Shown in pieces: positions 43,044 through 57,618 of a stretch of DNA of 64,000 bases. The first letter of the stretch is position 1; each line of letters starts with the position of its first letter. The notes under the pieces are model-generated. The model searched no databases, was not told the origin of the DNA, and saw only the letters and a program-made list of their open reading frames with translations. The stretch lies in the NCBI RefSeq assembly GCF_009914755.1, contig NC_060939.1; one strand, 5' to 3'. Source of the DNA: the human T2T-CHM13v2.0 reference genome, Homo sapiens. Made by a program: the position numbers and the translations under genes.

Positions 43044-44590
43044 GTAAGTAATAGGCCTTTGGAAAAAGAAGGGCCTAAGAATGGGGTTGAGGAGTCTTTT
43101 AGAATTTTTGAGTGGGGTTTTTGTTGATGAGTTTAATAACTTCATGTTTATAATATGATTGAAATGTTAATAAAATAAACCTTGGCTTTGGATAGCTAAA
43201 ACTTGGCCCATAGTTAATGGTCATAGCTGTGCATTTATTTTATTTAATATTTGTCATAAACCATATCCAAGGTCCCAAGAGCCTCTTTAAAAAATATTAC
43301 CCAACAATTTATAAGCTACTCAATTTATTTTGAGGGTACAAGAAAAGGGCAGAAAAAGGTGTGAAATCATCATAGAGTTACTTTTGATAATAGAAAACCC
43401 CTGTCAAATGTATTATGAGGTCTACTAGGAAGCACTATGATTTATGCATCATTTTTAAGGGAAATTAGGTTTAATGAACATATTGTCCACTTTGCATCTA
43501 TACAGTGGCACAGGATCCTAGTTTCTTCCTTGCTTGTTAGGGGCAGTTAAATATCAGTTGACATTACAAGGAGCTATGAATACTTTGTCATCATAAAGAA
43601 ATGAAACTATTTATATGTGAACAGACTTTTATTGGTATAGTCAAATAGTTAGATAAAACTCACTGGACCCGAAATTGAAGCAATAAACAGAAACCCAGCT
43701 AGCCATGCCTTTGAAGCTACAGTGGATAGAAGCATGGCTCTGGAATGACTGCTGACTCAAGTGAAATCTCTGTACATCACACCAAATCATTAAGCGCCAT
43801 CTAATTTATTTTGGCAGTTGATGTGTAGAAGGTATTGTGAAAACATCCACAAAGCAGGAGTCCCTTAGCAAACTTAAGTGTAAAGCCCATAGAATGTTTG
43901 AAAATTGCATACTGAAAAGAAATAACCTAACTTCTTTGAGGGCAGTACTGTGTAGTGTTTGTTAAAACCACAGACATTATGTATGTCTCATTGACTAACT
44001 AGATGATAAAGCCAATACTGGAAGAATAATGATTTCTTTAAATCTAAACCAATTAAAGTACTTCAGGTTTAAGTACTTCTTGGTTTGTCATCTTTTGGCT
44101 CTTTTTCAGAGTACTTCTCTTCTAATTTGATGAGTCCTATCTAGGATTAGAGACAGATACACACAGATCCAAAATATTTAATTTTCTCTGAAACTGTTCA
44201 CAATAAACATGAAGTCTGAGATTCCTGAAGGAATGTATGTAGTATCACTCTTTGGTGTGGTGATGTCCTTCACCCTCTCAGTCTGAAATAATCAGAACTA
44301 AGTCAAAGGGAAAAGAGGGCATTTGAGAACCTGCATGCATTTATACAGTTAAAAAATCTTTTCTTTCCATTGATCACTTCATCAGATGAAAGGTGTCACA
44401 GACCACCTGTCTACATGTCTGCTTGGCTCCATGAAAAATCTACCTTACAGCCCATTTCCTATGTTGAAAAACATTACCTAGATTCATTTTTGTGTTTTGC
44501 AAACATTGGTTTAATCTGTAGTGGAATTTAGAAACTACGATCATATTTGTGTTTTACTTAACTTTCGACTATTCCGCATGCCCCGTGGAG

Positions 44591-44770
44591 CAGCACTGTC
44601 CAGCAGAACTTTCTGCAGTGACAGAAATGTTCTCCATCCACTCTAATATGGTAACACTAGCCATACTTGAAAAGTGGCTAGTGCAACTGAGACACTGAAT
44701 TTTAAACTTCAAGTTTAATTAATTTAAATAGCCACATGGAGTGAGTGGCTACTATATTAGATAGCATGGA
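44591..44770. mobile_element. MER3 (hAT MITE)
   Basis: cagcactgtccagcagaactttctgcagtgacagaaatgttct ... tagccacatg...gtggctactatattagatagca. Confidence 0.8.
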
Positions 44771-45911
44771 TCTAGAAGATTCTGCATTTTGAGAGTCACT
44801 GAGGATAAAATTTAGTAACTTACATTTTTAAAAGGTGAAATGCCTTATTTATATAGGTTACAACTGAAAATGAACTCTTAGGCATTGTCATAAAGAGCAT
44901 ATATACTATGCTTGTGGTTTACCTTCCCCACTTCACAGAATTTGTGAAGGAATAGTTGAACACTATAGAGTATGGAATTGGTCTCTTCATCTTGTGGCTA
45001 CCAGTACTGTAAGAGAGAGACACACAGTTCTGAAGAACATTTTGAGGTTTGAAGCAACTGTCACTAGTTCTGATGTTTCAAAGACATAATTCATGTGGAA
45101 ATTCTGTAAGAAAAAAATAATTATTTACTTTGGATGAACTGGGTACTTTTAGAAGGTGGGAGAGAATTGGCGGCCTTAAAAGTCTGTGTTGTTTAACCAT
45201 AATTTTTACTTCCTTTAGATTAATTTGCCTGAGACATAAAATTTTAAAGTGACCTTTTGAAAATAGAAATAACTTTCTGATAAATTTTAAGCAAAATATT
45301 TCTTACATCAAGAAAAATTTTGAGTGATTTTAATTCAGAATTTCCTCACTAATAAGGATGTGTTTTAGAATGTCCTTTGGAGCGTAGCTGCATCTAATGA
45401 ATGTACATGTGCCTGTATTCCTGTAACTTATTTATCATTCCTCAAACTCAGATCATATCATCATCTATTAAGACAAATGAGCAAAACATGGCATCTTTAT
45501 TGAAATTAAGAAAGAAATAGCATATGGAGACTTACTGTTAAATTTCAGAACAGTAGTATCAGACCAGGGTTTTCCTTTTCTTGTGAGGAATGAACCTTCT
45601 GGTCTGTGAAGCTTCGCAGTCAGTCAGACTGTGAGAGTGGTGGTGGGGAGTGTCCCACGGGCTGCATCTTCCCGGCCAGCTTTGCCAGGAGCAGTGTCCA
45701 GCCCACCTCTGCTGGAGGAGCAATGGGGATTTCCAAGGAAGTAGAGCTCCTCGGTTAACTTCAAATACGTGTGGGCCCCAGTAGGCCTGACGAAGCAGTC
45801 AGGGAGGTCTCCATGCCCTAGGTGTTGAGGGCAGCTGGAGTTTATTCTTTGACCTGTGGTGTAGCATGCATATATTAATAACTTTTTCACTATCTGTTTG
45901 TGTTTTAATAG

Positions 45912-45993
45912 CTCAGCTTTCACAGCTGACAGGCATAAGAAAAGAAAACTTTTGGAAAACTCAACACTAAACAGCAAGTTATTAAAAGTAAAT
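45912..45993 (+). CDS. USP3: USP3 exon 5 (82 nt): SAFTADRHKKRKLLENSTLNSKLLKVN
   Basis: Acceptor ttttaatag|C, donor AAT|gtaagt. In frame; basic KKRK patch (NLS-like). Confidence 0.95.
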
Positions 45994-46319
45994 GTAAGTA
46001 ATTAAAATTTATTCAAATATAAGAGTTAGTTGAGATTTAATCACTGTTTTGTTACAACTCTAACATGTAATGTTACCTGTTACAGACTTTTATAAATGTG
46101 TGTCTTGGATTTGGAGTATTTTACACAATGTTTGCCACCTGTACTGTCGATTGTTGCCGTGACCCCAGTGAGTCCATCTGTCAGCACCTTCTTCCCATCA
46201 GCGTTACTGCTGTGCTCCTCTTCCCTAGAAAACAGTTCACTCTTAATACTTGCTCACACTCCTTCGTCATCAGAAAACCCAGCCTTTGTTTTTAAGACTA
46301 AGTCTTTAGCTTCAGGCGG

Positions 46320-46904
<585 letters not shown>

Positions 46905-47350
46905 TAGGAAAACGTGTATTGGTCGTTTATGTATGGCTTAGAGTTAAAAGTTTGGGGACAAAAATACTTGGGGTGTATATATTTATATTTTTTCCATTTC
47001 TCTTAGTTTTTATAGAATCTTAAAAAGGCATTAAGTCTTAAATGTTATTTTAAGGATTTCCTGTTTTTTGCATTGTGTACTCCATGGTACTCATTAATGG
47101 TGATTTCCTCATAAGCTTTCAATAAGATACTTCTATTTAGAACAATCCCAGGATCAGAAACAGCCTTCTAAAAATATCCAGACATTTATACAGAGACTAG
47201 AGAGTTTGTTTGAAATATTCATTGGACAGAAAAGGACCAATTCCAAATTGGCTTGGTGCTAGATTTCAGAGGCCTTTCCTTAGCTTTGATGTTTGAAACA
47301 GTTGGCCTTCCCTTGGCATTACTGATGGCCTCTTCTTGCACCACTTACAG

Positions 47351-47433
47351 GGAAGCACCACTGCCATTTGTGCCACAGGCCTTCGGAATTTGGGGAACAC
47401 ATGTTTCATGAATGCCATCCTTCAGTCACTCAG
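47351..47433 (+). CDS. USP3: USP3 exon 6 (83 nt): GSTTAICATGLRNLGNTCFMNAILQSL(S), catalytic Cys box
   Basis: Acceptor ttacag|GGA, donor CAG|gtaacg. USP Cys-box GLxNLGNTCFMN; catalytic Cys codon TGT at 47402-47404. Confidence 0.98.
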
Positions 47434-47469
47434 GTAACGCTACAGTCAGAGCTTAAGTGTCTGACATTA

Positions 47470-47690
47470 AAGGTTAAGAGCACGGGCTCTGGCTCCCTAT
47501 CTCGTCTGCCACTAACTCTAGTCATATGGTTTGGAGCAAGATACCTTAATTTCCTGTGCTTTTGTTTCCTCATCAGTAAAATTGGGGACAGTAGTTCCTA
47601 CCTCATGGGGTAGTTGGGAAGATTGAATAATGTAATTTGTCTAAAGTACTTAGAGCAGTGTCCTGCAGTGAATAGTTGTTTGCGGTTATT
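47470..47690. mobile_element. MIR
   Basis: tttcctcatcagtaaaattggggacagtagttcctacctcatggggtagttg. Confidence 0.75.
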
Positions 47691-47717
47691 TCCGGTTGCT
47701 TTTTGAATAGGCTAGAA

Positions 47718-48241
<524 letters not shown>

Positions 48242-48295
48242 GGTTACAGAGAGCCTTGTTCAGAGAGCTTATTTCAGTCATTAGTTAAGTTTTAA

Positions 48296-48424
48296 CCCAT
48301 TTATGTCAGAGGTTGCAATTTTTCTGTATGAAAAATCAGACGTTGGTGATGACCTCGATCAGTAAGATATAAATAACTCCCAGAAGCTTAGCGTTCCAAT
48401 AATGGAACACTAGGCATAAATGGG
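48296..48424 (-). mobile_element. MER85 piggyBac MITE
   Basis: TTAA TSD (48292-48295, 48425-48428); TIRs CCCATTTATG(T/C)C; internal palindrome GTTCCAATAATGGAAC at 48393-48408. Confidence 0.9.
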
Positions 48425-49101
48425 TTAATCAAGGTCATAAGATGAGATGTCTTCAAAATATGAGACAAGTAGTAAAAATAAAATAGTCAACAAGGCTGAC
48501 TTAAGTTTTGTAGAATAAATTATTTTGAAAGTTGCATACTTTTAGATTTTAATGAGACATCAAAGGCCAGAATAAATGATCTTCCCAAGGTTACATTGCT
48601 GATAAGAAGCAGAAGGCATATTTGATCTCTCCTGGAAGGCACTGCCTCTTAGCTTATCTCTTCTTGCTCAAAGAGGAAATTATAATTACTACTGAATTCT
48701 CCTTAGGATTCTGTATAGTGTATCAAAATAATATGGTCGGTTTCATGGTTTGTTTTTATTTGAGGAAATTATTGAATAACTGGAAACAAGCAACCGAAAA
48801 GAAAGAAATGGTGACTACCTATAGCTGGAGGGAGAATTGGGGATTTTTTTGAAAAGAGATTTTGTTTTCAGCTCTTTGTTTTTTGTTTTTGTTTTTTTAC
48901 AAAGTCATCTGTCTATACTGTTTTCTTAGAGAGAAGGAAAAATCATAATGAAGAATCTGAATGCAAGAGATTGCACTGAGTACAGTTTAAATGAGACAAT
49001 TGAAAAATGGCAGTTTCAAAATGTATATGTAGGCTTCATCAACTTTCTTTACAGTCCTATTCTTTTCTTTTTAAAATATTTTTCCCTTCCTTTTAAAATA
49101 G

Positions 49102-49215
49102 TAACATTGAGCAGTTTTGCTGTTATTTCAAAGAACTGCCCGCCGTGGAGTTAAGGAATGGGAAAACAGCAGGAAGGCGGACATACCACACCAGGAGCCA
49201 AGGGGATAACAATGT
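49102..49215 (+). CDS. USP3: USP3 exon 7 (114 nt): NIEQFCCYFKELPAVELRNGKTAGRRTYHTRSQGDNN(V)
   Basis: Acceptor ttttaaaatag|T, donor TGT|gtgagt; in frame. Confidence 0.95.
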
Positions 49216-49382
49216 GTGAGTTATAAGAGTATGTCCTTTCTGGCTTTGAGTTACAAAACAAATTACTTTCACTGGTGGTTTCCATTGTACTAAGTGAGCT
49301 AACAGGCACATGCCTTAAAAAAAATCTTCTAAAAATTGTGTTTAAATATCTAGTTAGCAATCTTAATAATTGTTGGAATTCC

Positions 49383-49695
<313 letters not shown>

Positions 49696-50268
49696 TTACC
49701 GTAACAGGAGGGATAAATTTAGCATTCTACTTATTGACTCTGCAGATTTGGGCATTCTAGAATTGGCATCTAGATATGAAGTGCAGTTCTAGGTGTAGAT
49801 GACTATGAATCTCATTAGTCCATGTGAGTTGATTTGTCCGACAGTGTTAGGTAAACCTGTCTTGGATACTGAAATTAATTTGTAGTCAACAAATTAGTTG
49901 TGGGGGAATAAAGTCAATTTTTGGTTGATACGGAGAGGGGGGGAAGAAAACGGACAAGTGCTCATTAAGAACCAATCCTGTATCCTCATTTGGTGTAGAC
50001 CTCCCTTATTTGTGGTTCAGAAGATCTTTCATTATGACAATTGTAGTGAGCACATTTTTCATAACTTTACAGCTCTTTTTCAGAAGGACTGTGACTCGTA
50101 CTCCTTATATATTTAATGTTTTCTCTGTCTGCCTCCTCCACTTCCACACACTCCCATTCTCACTCATTCTGAAGGGGTGATCAGACACTTTCCTGCCTTG
50201 GTGGCTGAGGGAGAGTAGGACTGAACATGTCAGAATAATGGGCAGTAGGGCGAGAGTCACAGTGCAGG

Positions 50269-50339
50269 GAAACTGGAAAGCCAGGCGTGGAGCAGGGCTG
50301 GAATGACGTCACTACAAGTGGTGTTTGAAGGGAGTTTCC
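50269..50339. promoter_or_regulatory. Motif cluster: IRF-like GAAACTGGAAA, full CRE TGACGTCA, NF-kB GGGAGTTTCC
   Basis: Motifs read directly at 50269-50279, 50304-50311 and 50330-50339; function untested. Confidence 0.3.
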
Positions 50340-50344
50340 CTCAC

Positions 50345-50386
50345 AGCAGCATCTAGGATGAGTTGAGCAGCATCTAGGATGAGTTG
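50345..50386. repeat. Perfect 21-bp tandem duplication AGCAGCATCTAGGATGAGTTG x2
   Basis: Direct reading. Confidence 0.97.
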
Positions 50387-50514
50387 AAAGTGCCTGCATT
50401 CAAGGAGGCTTTGCACTCTACAGTAATCAGGTCAGAGGGGACAGCAGTGAAACAGTAGAAAAAATACATGTGTATGAGTTAAGAGAAGAGTTAGTAGTAC
50501 TTGATGCATTCATG

Positions 50515-50975
50515 TCATGCAGGGTTGAGTTGCAGGCTGTAGAAATTGCCTTTGGCTGATTTAGGCAGCAAAGGAATTTACTGCAGGGCTATTGGTGAGC
50601 TAATCATACTGGGTGAGTGAAAAATCAGGTCTGGAGTCCGAGGCAGCAGCACCGCAGTCACAGTCACCCCACAGAACTGTCCTGTAAGGCCACCACTGCC
50701 TCTGGTGCCCAGCGCAGCAGCAGAGTTCCTGTTGCCAGCACTGCTGGAGATGGGTGCTGGCGGACACAGCCATGCTGCTGCCCTGCACTCCGGATGGTGC
50801 TCTTTGCCCCCCCTGCTACCAGAGAGGATTTGGTGCCATCCCTTCTTCTTTGTGTCACTAACTCCTGCTTCGGATGGGCAAAGCCCAGGCTGTGTACCTG
50901 TGCTCTGACTGCAAGGGAGCCTGAGAAGGCGAGTGTCTGGCTGTTTAGCTTCGGAAGTGGGAGGCAAACTCTTAA
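50515..50975. mobile_element. Old MaLR/ERVL-type LTR
   Basis: ggctgatttaggcagcaaaggaatttact ... gactgcaagggagcctgagaaggc. Confidence 0.55.
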
Positions 50976-51154
50976 AAGTAGGGATTCTCCAACATAGGAA
51001 GAGGGTTCAAGTACTAGGAAGTCAAAAATATGATTTGTATTCCAGGGACCTATGTGATTGTGAGGGTTGAGAAAGAAGATATTGAGATTCTCTGAGATAC
51101 CAATCAAGTATCCGAAAATATGGTGCTTATGTTGACAGCTATGGAAGTTGAAGT

Positions 51155-51460
51155 TGAGTTGGATCAGTTTAGCCACAGGTGTAGAAAACCAAAATTAAGT
51201 GACTTAAACATCCATGGTTTGTTTCCTCACATAAAAGTCAGAGGCTGTCTGTCTAGGGTGGTTTGACAAAGCCATCGGGCTCCTCCTGGCTTTCTTTTCC
51301 ACCAACCTCCAGAGGCCCTATCCATCCACATAGTCCCCCATGGTGCTGGGGCTCCCCAACTCCGTCCTCATTCCTAGCAGGAAGAAGGAAAGGATTATTA
51401 TAGGACTACTCTTTCTTTTTAAGACATTTCCCAGAATTTGGACACACTCAGTTTTTTATT
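51155..51460. mobile_element. MLT1-type LTR fragment
   Basis: aaaaccaaaattaagtgacttaaaca...ctcacataaaagtcagagg. Confidence 0.5.
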
Positions 51461-52139
51461 GGGAGAGTTTATATGCCCAGGAAAAAAATGAGCGTTCTAT
51501 TCATATGCGAGAAGAGTGTGGATATTGGGTGATAGGAGAGGTGTACAGAGAGCAGTAGATGCTGGAGCCGGTCAGTGCACATAGAGGTGAAAGTGACAAG
51601 AGGACCTCCCGCAGAAAATTCCTGCTGGAAACTGGAGAAGTTTAAATAAAAATAGTCATGAGAAAATCTGACTTTTGGAGTTGAGAGTCACTGGTGGAGA
51701 GCTGAGTGGTGAAGGTTAGTGACACAGGCTGGAGTCTGGGGGTGCTAGTGAGTGGCAAGAAGGACAAGGCAGGAGGGGGAGAAAGAAAGCCGAATGCTTG
51801 TTTTGCATTTTGAAAATGTACATTCTTAAGTCATTTGGCCTATAACTCACCCAGTGCTGTATGGTTTGCTTGCGTGTTTTAACTCAAAGTGTACAAACAT
51901 GGCGGTGCATGGGCACACTCAGAGTTAACCATATGGTTACAAATTAGCTTTGTCAGAATTACTGCTACTTTTATGGGTTTTTGAGATGCTCTTATGTATC
52001 TTTCAGACTTTCTTCAGAAAAGACCAAATCCTTTTTAAGTGTTCATTTCCTATATATTAGGCATTTTAGATGGGTGGACGCTGTGTTGAAATTGTAGCCT
52101 CTCACTAATCTGAGGGCACTGTCCTTTCCTCTTTTGCAG

Positions 52140-52253
52140 GTCTTTGGTAGAAGAGTTTAGAAAGACACTCTGTGCTTTATGGCAAGGCAGCCAGACTGCA
52201 TTTAGCCCAGAGTCCTTATTTTATGTTGTTTGGAAGATTATGCCAAACTTTAG
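52140..52253 (+). CDS. USP3: USP3 exon 8 (114 nt): SLVEEFRKTLCALWQGSQTAFSPESLFYVVWKIMPNF(R)
   Basis: Branch-like CACTAAT at 52103-52109, acceptor cttttgcag|G, donor TAG|gtaagt. Confidence 0.96.
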
Positions 52254-53419
52254 GTAAGTATTATATGAAGATATTTTTAAACATTAATATTAGTGTTTAT
52301 ACTGTTCCTGAAATAATTCCTAATGAAGTGGTTGTATTCTAAATATTCTAAATACTTAAGACTGGTTTGGTGTTTTTTTCTTTTTAAGAAGAAGAGCTGA
52401 AATTGAATACATCTGACTAAACACATGTGTTTATTTAAATAATAGACTATAGAAATGTCTTTAACAAGAGGTGGGGTATTTTGTTGCTATAAACATAAAG
52501 CCCTTATAAATAACTTATGCGCACTAGGAAAACATACTGGACAAAATTTCCTTAATTCTTTCACAATGTAGAATAATTACCATCACACACTGTCTTGTTA
52601 TTCCAGCTAAAAAAATTAATAAGATCAGTAGAAGTGCATGGTATTATATGAACTGTTCGGAGCTGAGTTCGGCAGCTCTGGGAAGGCTGTGGTCAAGCGC
52701 CTGGGATGCACTCTCCAGAAGGCAGCTGTGCCACATCCCGGTGTGGCCAGAGAGCTGCTGTGGTGCCCATGCTTTCTGTCTCACCTCGCTTGAGCAAAAT
52801 ACACCTCTGCTGTACACCTAGCTGTCAGAGGAATCCTGCCTTTTCTCGTAGGTCTGTCATCCCTGTAGGGATTCGGGTGATAGCAGCTTTGAGGCACTAC
52901 AGGTGTTTGACAGCAGCCTTGGCCACCTTCTGCCGATTTTACCCTTCTGAAGCAAGTCATGGTTCTTACTAGTTATGATTTTGGCACCTAATATACATCC
53001 CTTCTACTTTTCTTTAAAAAAAATTCATGCTGTAGTAAACTTAGTCATCTATCTTGCCCTATTGCCTAAAAAGATGTAGTTAATATAGATAAATATTTAA
53101 AAGGTAATTAACTTCAAAGGACTTTAAATTGTTGCCTTGCTAAAAAGTCTAGTCTTGAGGATCTGACATGAGTAACTAGTGTTAACCCTAGTCTTGGTTT
53201 TGAAAGAAACTCCTTTTATGTATCATACTATTTAAATCTCCTGTCAGGAAAAACATAAGAATTTGAGAATGTCTTGACTTTAAGAAGGAAAGGCAGGAAT
53301 GACAGTTAAGTTACCACTGTCCAGGTCTGGACCTAATAAAAAAATTTCTAACATAAATCACCTAGTAGACTCTTGATAGAAGTTTAGTCTTTGTGTTTTA
53401 TTATTATATAATAATAGTT

Positions 53420-53625
53420 TACATTTATTGAATGCCTACTGTGTGCCACCCACTGGGTATTTTTTATCTGGTCTTCATTAAAAAACAAGCAAGAACAAAA
53501 TTCCAGCCAAGCAGGAAATATTGCCCCCATTTTAGAGGAGACAAAACTGAGACAGAGAGGAGAAGCGACTTGTTTAAGTTTATACATCTAGTGGGGTAAT
53601 GACCAAAATTAGAGTCCAGGTGTTT
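53420..53625. mobile_element. MIR
   Basis: catttattgaatgcctactgtgtgcca ... ccccattttagaggagacaaaactgagacagagagg. Confidence 0.75.
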
Positions 53626-55548
53626 GTGGAGTTGGCTAATAATAGATTTGTTGACAATGATTTGCCCACATACCTTGAACAAGGCCCATTAACTAATTTG
53701 ATACTGTTTTCCTTGATCCCCATGGTGACCAAGATCCCTCATTCTTGAAAGCTTAGAAACATTATCATATTTTATACAGTAGAAATCTGCTTTTCCTGTA
53801 AATCTTTCCACATCTCTGTCCTTTCTAGCTTCTGTAGCCCAACTGTGAGCATGATGTAGTTTTTAGCTGTTTAATTTCCACATTGGAATATTCCTACTGA
53901 TGAAGGAATAAGGTAACCAGGCTGACGAATGTAGCATGTGGAGTCTCTGGGGAAGATTTCAGATCATACATGAACTCTTAAATTTCTTGAATGGCTGATG
54001 AGAATAGGGTGCTTTTGTATTCTTAGCTGGGCTTGCTCTTAGTTCTGCAGTAATTGAGATTGTTCCCCATTTTTATGTAATCAAAGAACAGTTTTTCTCT
54101 TGGTCAGATCTAGATCTTGAGATTATATCATGGATAAAGCTTTAGTGCAGGTCACTGCACAATGCCCAGGTGTGAGGCAGGGAGGTGGGGCTTGCTTTTT
54201 ACAGCTCTTACCCTGTGAGGTATGCAGGTAAGATTCTTATAACATGCCTGTGTGTAAGTGCATGAATCTTGATTTATGTTTATTTATAATCCCAAAGAAA
54301 TTTTTTTTAGGTTTAAAAAGCCCATTTTCCTTGATTAACACATGACAGACAGTGTCTAGAGAACTTGATCCTTTGGGATGAAATATGAGGACTCTGAAAT
54401 ACAAACATGCGTGTAGAAGTAGAAACATCTTTCATCTATTAAATACACAAATATATATACATACACACACCCCCAAAACACACACACCCTCAATGTAATC
54501 AGCAGCTTTGGATAGAGAAATCATTAAGCCTATTCTTTCTTTTTTTTCCCCACTGAAACTAAAAGCCAGTTACCTAGCAGGGAAAATTTTCTTGAAGTTT
54601 TGACCTTTTCCAACATACATATGTACTTACCACACTTCTTATGATTTCTTAGTATGTTCAGCTCTTTCTATCCTTTTGCTTTTCATAAAAATACTTTAAA
54701 GTGTATTTTCTTAAATAGGCAAAAACATATGTGGTTCAAAATTCAAAAGGTAACAAAAGAATATGCAGTGAATGTTTTATTCTGTTCCCTAGCCATTCAT
54801 TCTGTTTTCTGGAAGCAACCATAGTTACTAGAGTTTTGTGTATCCTTTCAGATATTCTGTGTGCATATACAGACAAGTGTGTGTGTGTGTTTATGTCATT
54901 TTTAATGTAATTGGTGATGTATCATCTTTTTTTCCCCACTTTGAGATGATTCATATTAGTATACAAATAGCTTCCTCAGACCATTTTACAGTTGTATCAT
55001 AATTTGTGTCCAAGTCCCCTCCCAGTGGCTTTATGGACTGTTTCTAGTCTTTGCTGTTCTAAACAGTGCTGCAGTGAGTAGTATTTTACATACATGTGCA
55101 GGTATCTAAGAGAGAAAGTGCCGGGCTCAAGGAAATGTTCTTCTGTAATTTTGATAGTCTTTTCTGCTAGCCTTTGTCACTCCTTGCTTTTCTTAACACA
55201 GCTCTGTCTTGCTGCTTTGCTGTCTCTGTATGTCATGTGCTTCTGCCCACAGGATTTGCCTTGTGGTCCCTATCTCTTTGTCTAGGATCCCGGTTAAAGC
55301 TAACACTCTTCAGGAAAGTCTCTTGATGATTCAAATCAGGTCTTTCTGTACAACCTGATTTAATATATTTGTCTTGACTTCCCAAGATGGAACTTTATTT
55401 TTTTAAATCAGTTCTTGTTATAATTAATGTTTAAAATGATGGGTAAATAATCATTGGCACATAATTCTTATATTTGCTTGCTCTTCTCAGGTTTATAGAC
55501 AATGTAAAGGATTTTTGTAGACAAAAAATAGATCTTTGCCTGTGATGC

Positions 55549-55857
<309 letters not shown>

Positions 55858-56186
55858 ACGTGTGATACTTTAATTAAAGTTTTATTTAACAATAGTCTTT
55901 TTGGGATATTTGTGAAAAGATTTTAAAATACTATGCTATTGATATTTGATATTTAAACCATTTTCACTGTAGCCAAGAATTTTGCTATTGTATTTGTGTG
56001 TTTGTAAACACTAATTCATTTTTGTCAGTTTTGTTTTCTGGTGTTTTTGTTTTGAGGAAACTCAGTCATGATTGTTGCCAAATACTGAGTAGGAATACAT
56101 TTAACTTATTTTCGTTTTGCAGATATTTTGGCCAAAACAACAACTTTAGAATTCTTTTTTTAATGTCAAGGATATTTTAAATATGA

Positions 56187-57025
<839 letters not shown>

Positions 57026-57235
57026 TGATCATTTTTTATTGGAACATTTATTTGTCTTTAAGATTTGGGGAAATTTGGTTTGTAGTCATTGTGCCAAAAC
57101 CTTGTGAAGAGACAGTTGCCGCGTGTTCCTGTACACTGTGCTTCAGCAGTGTTCGGAATGGATGGTTCAAGACCTTCTAGGCTTTCTGTGTTTGCAGTGT
57201 GCTCTCTCCCCCAGTGATTTGTCACAGCATCCTCA

Positions 57236-57618
<383 letters not shown>

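Noticed and set aside
50578-51176. Cluster of 126-170 aa ORFs on both strands
   Set aside because: They lie in a GC-richer old LTR with few stops and have no recognisable domain.
52131-52146. Exon 8 also starts with GT (cag|GTCTTT), a possible second RS exon
   Set aside because: The rebuilt site TGT|GTCTTT is far from donor consensus.
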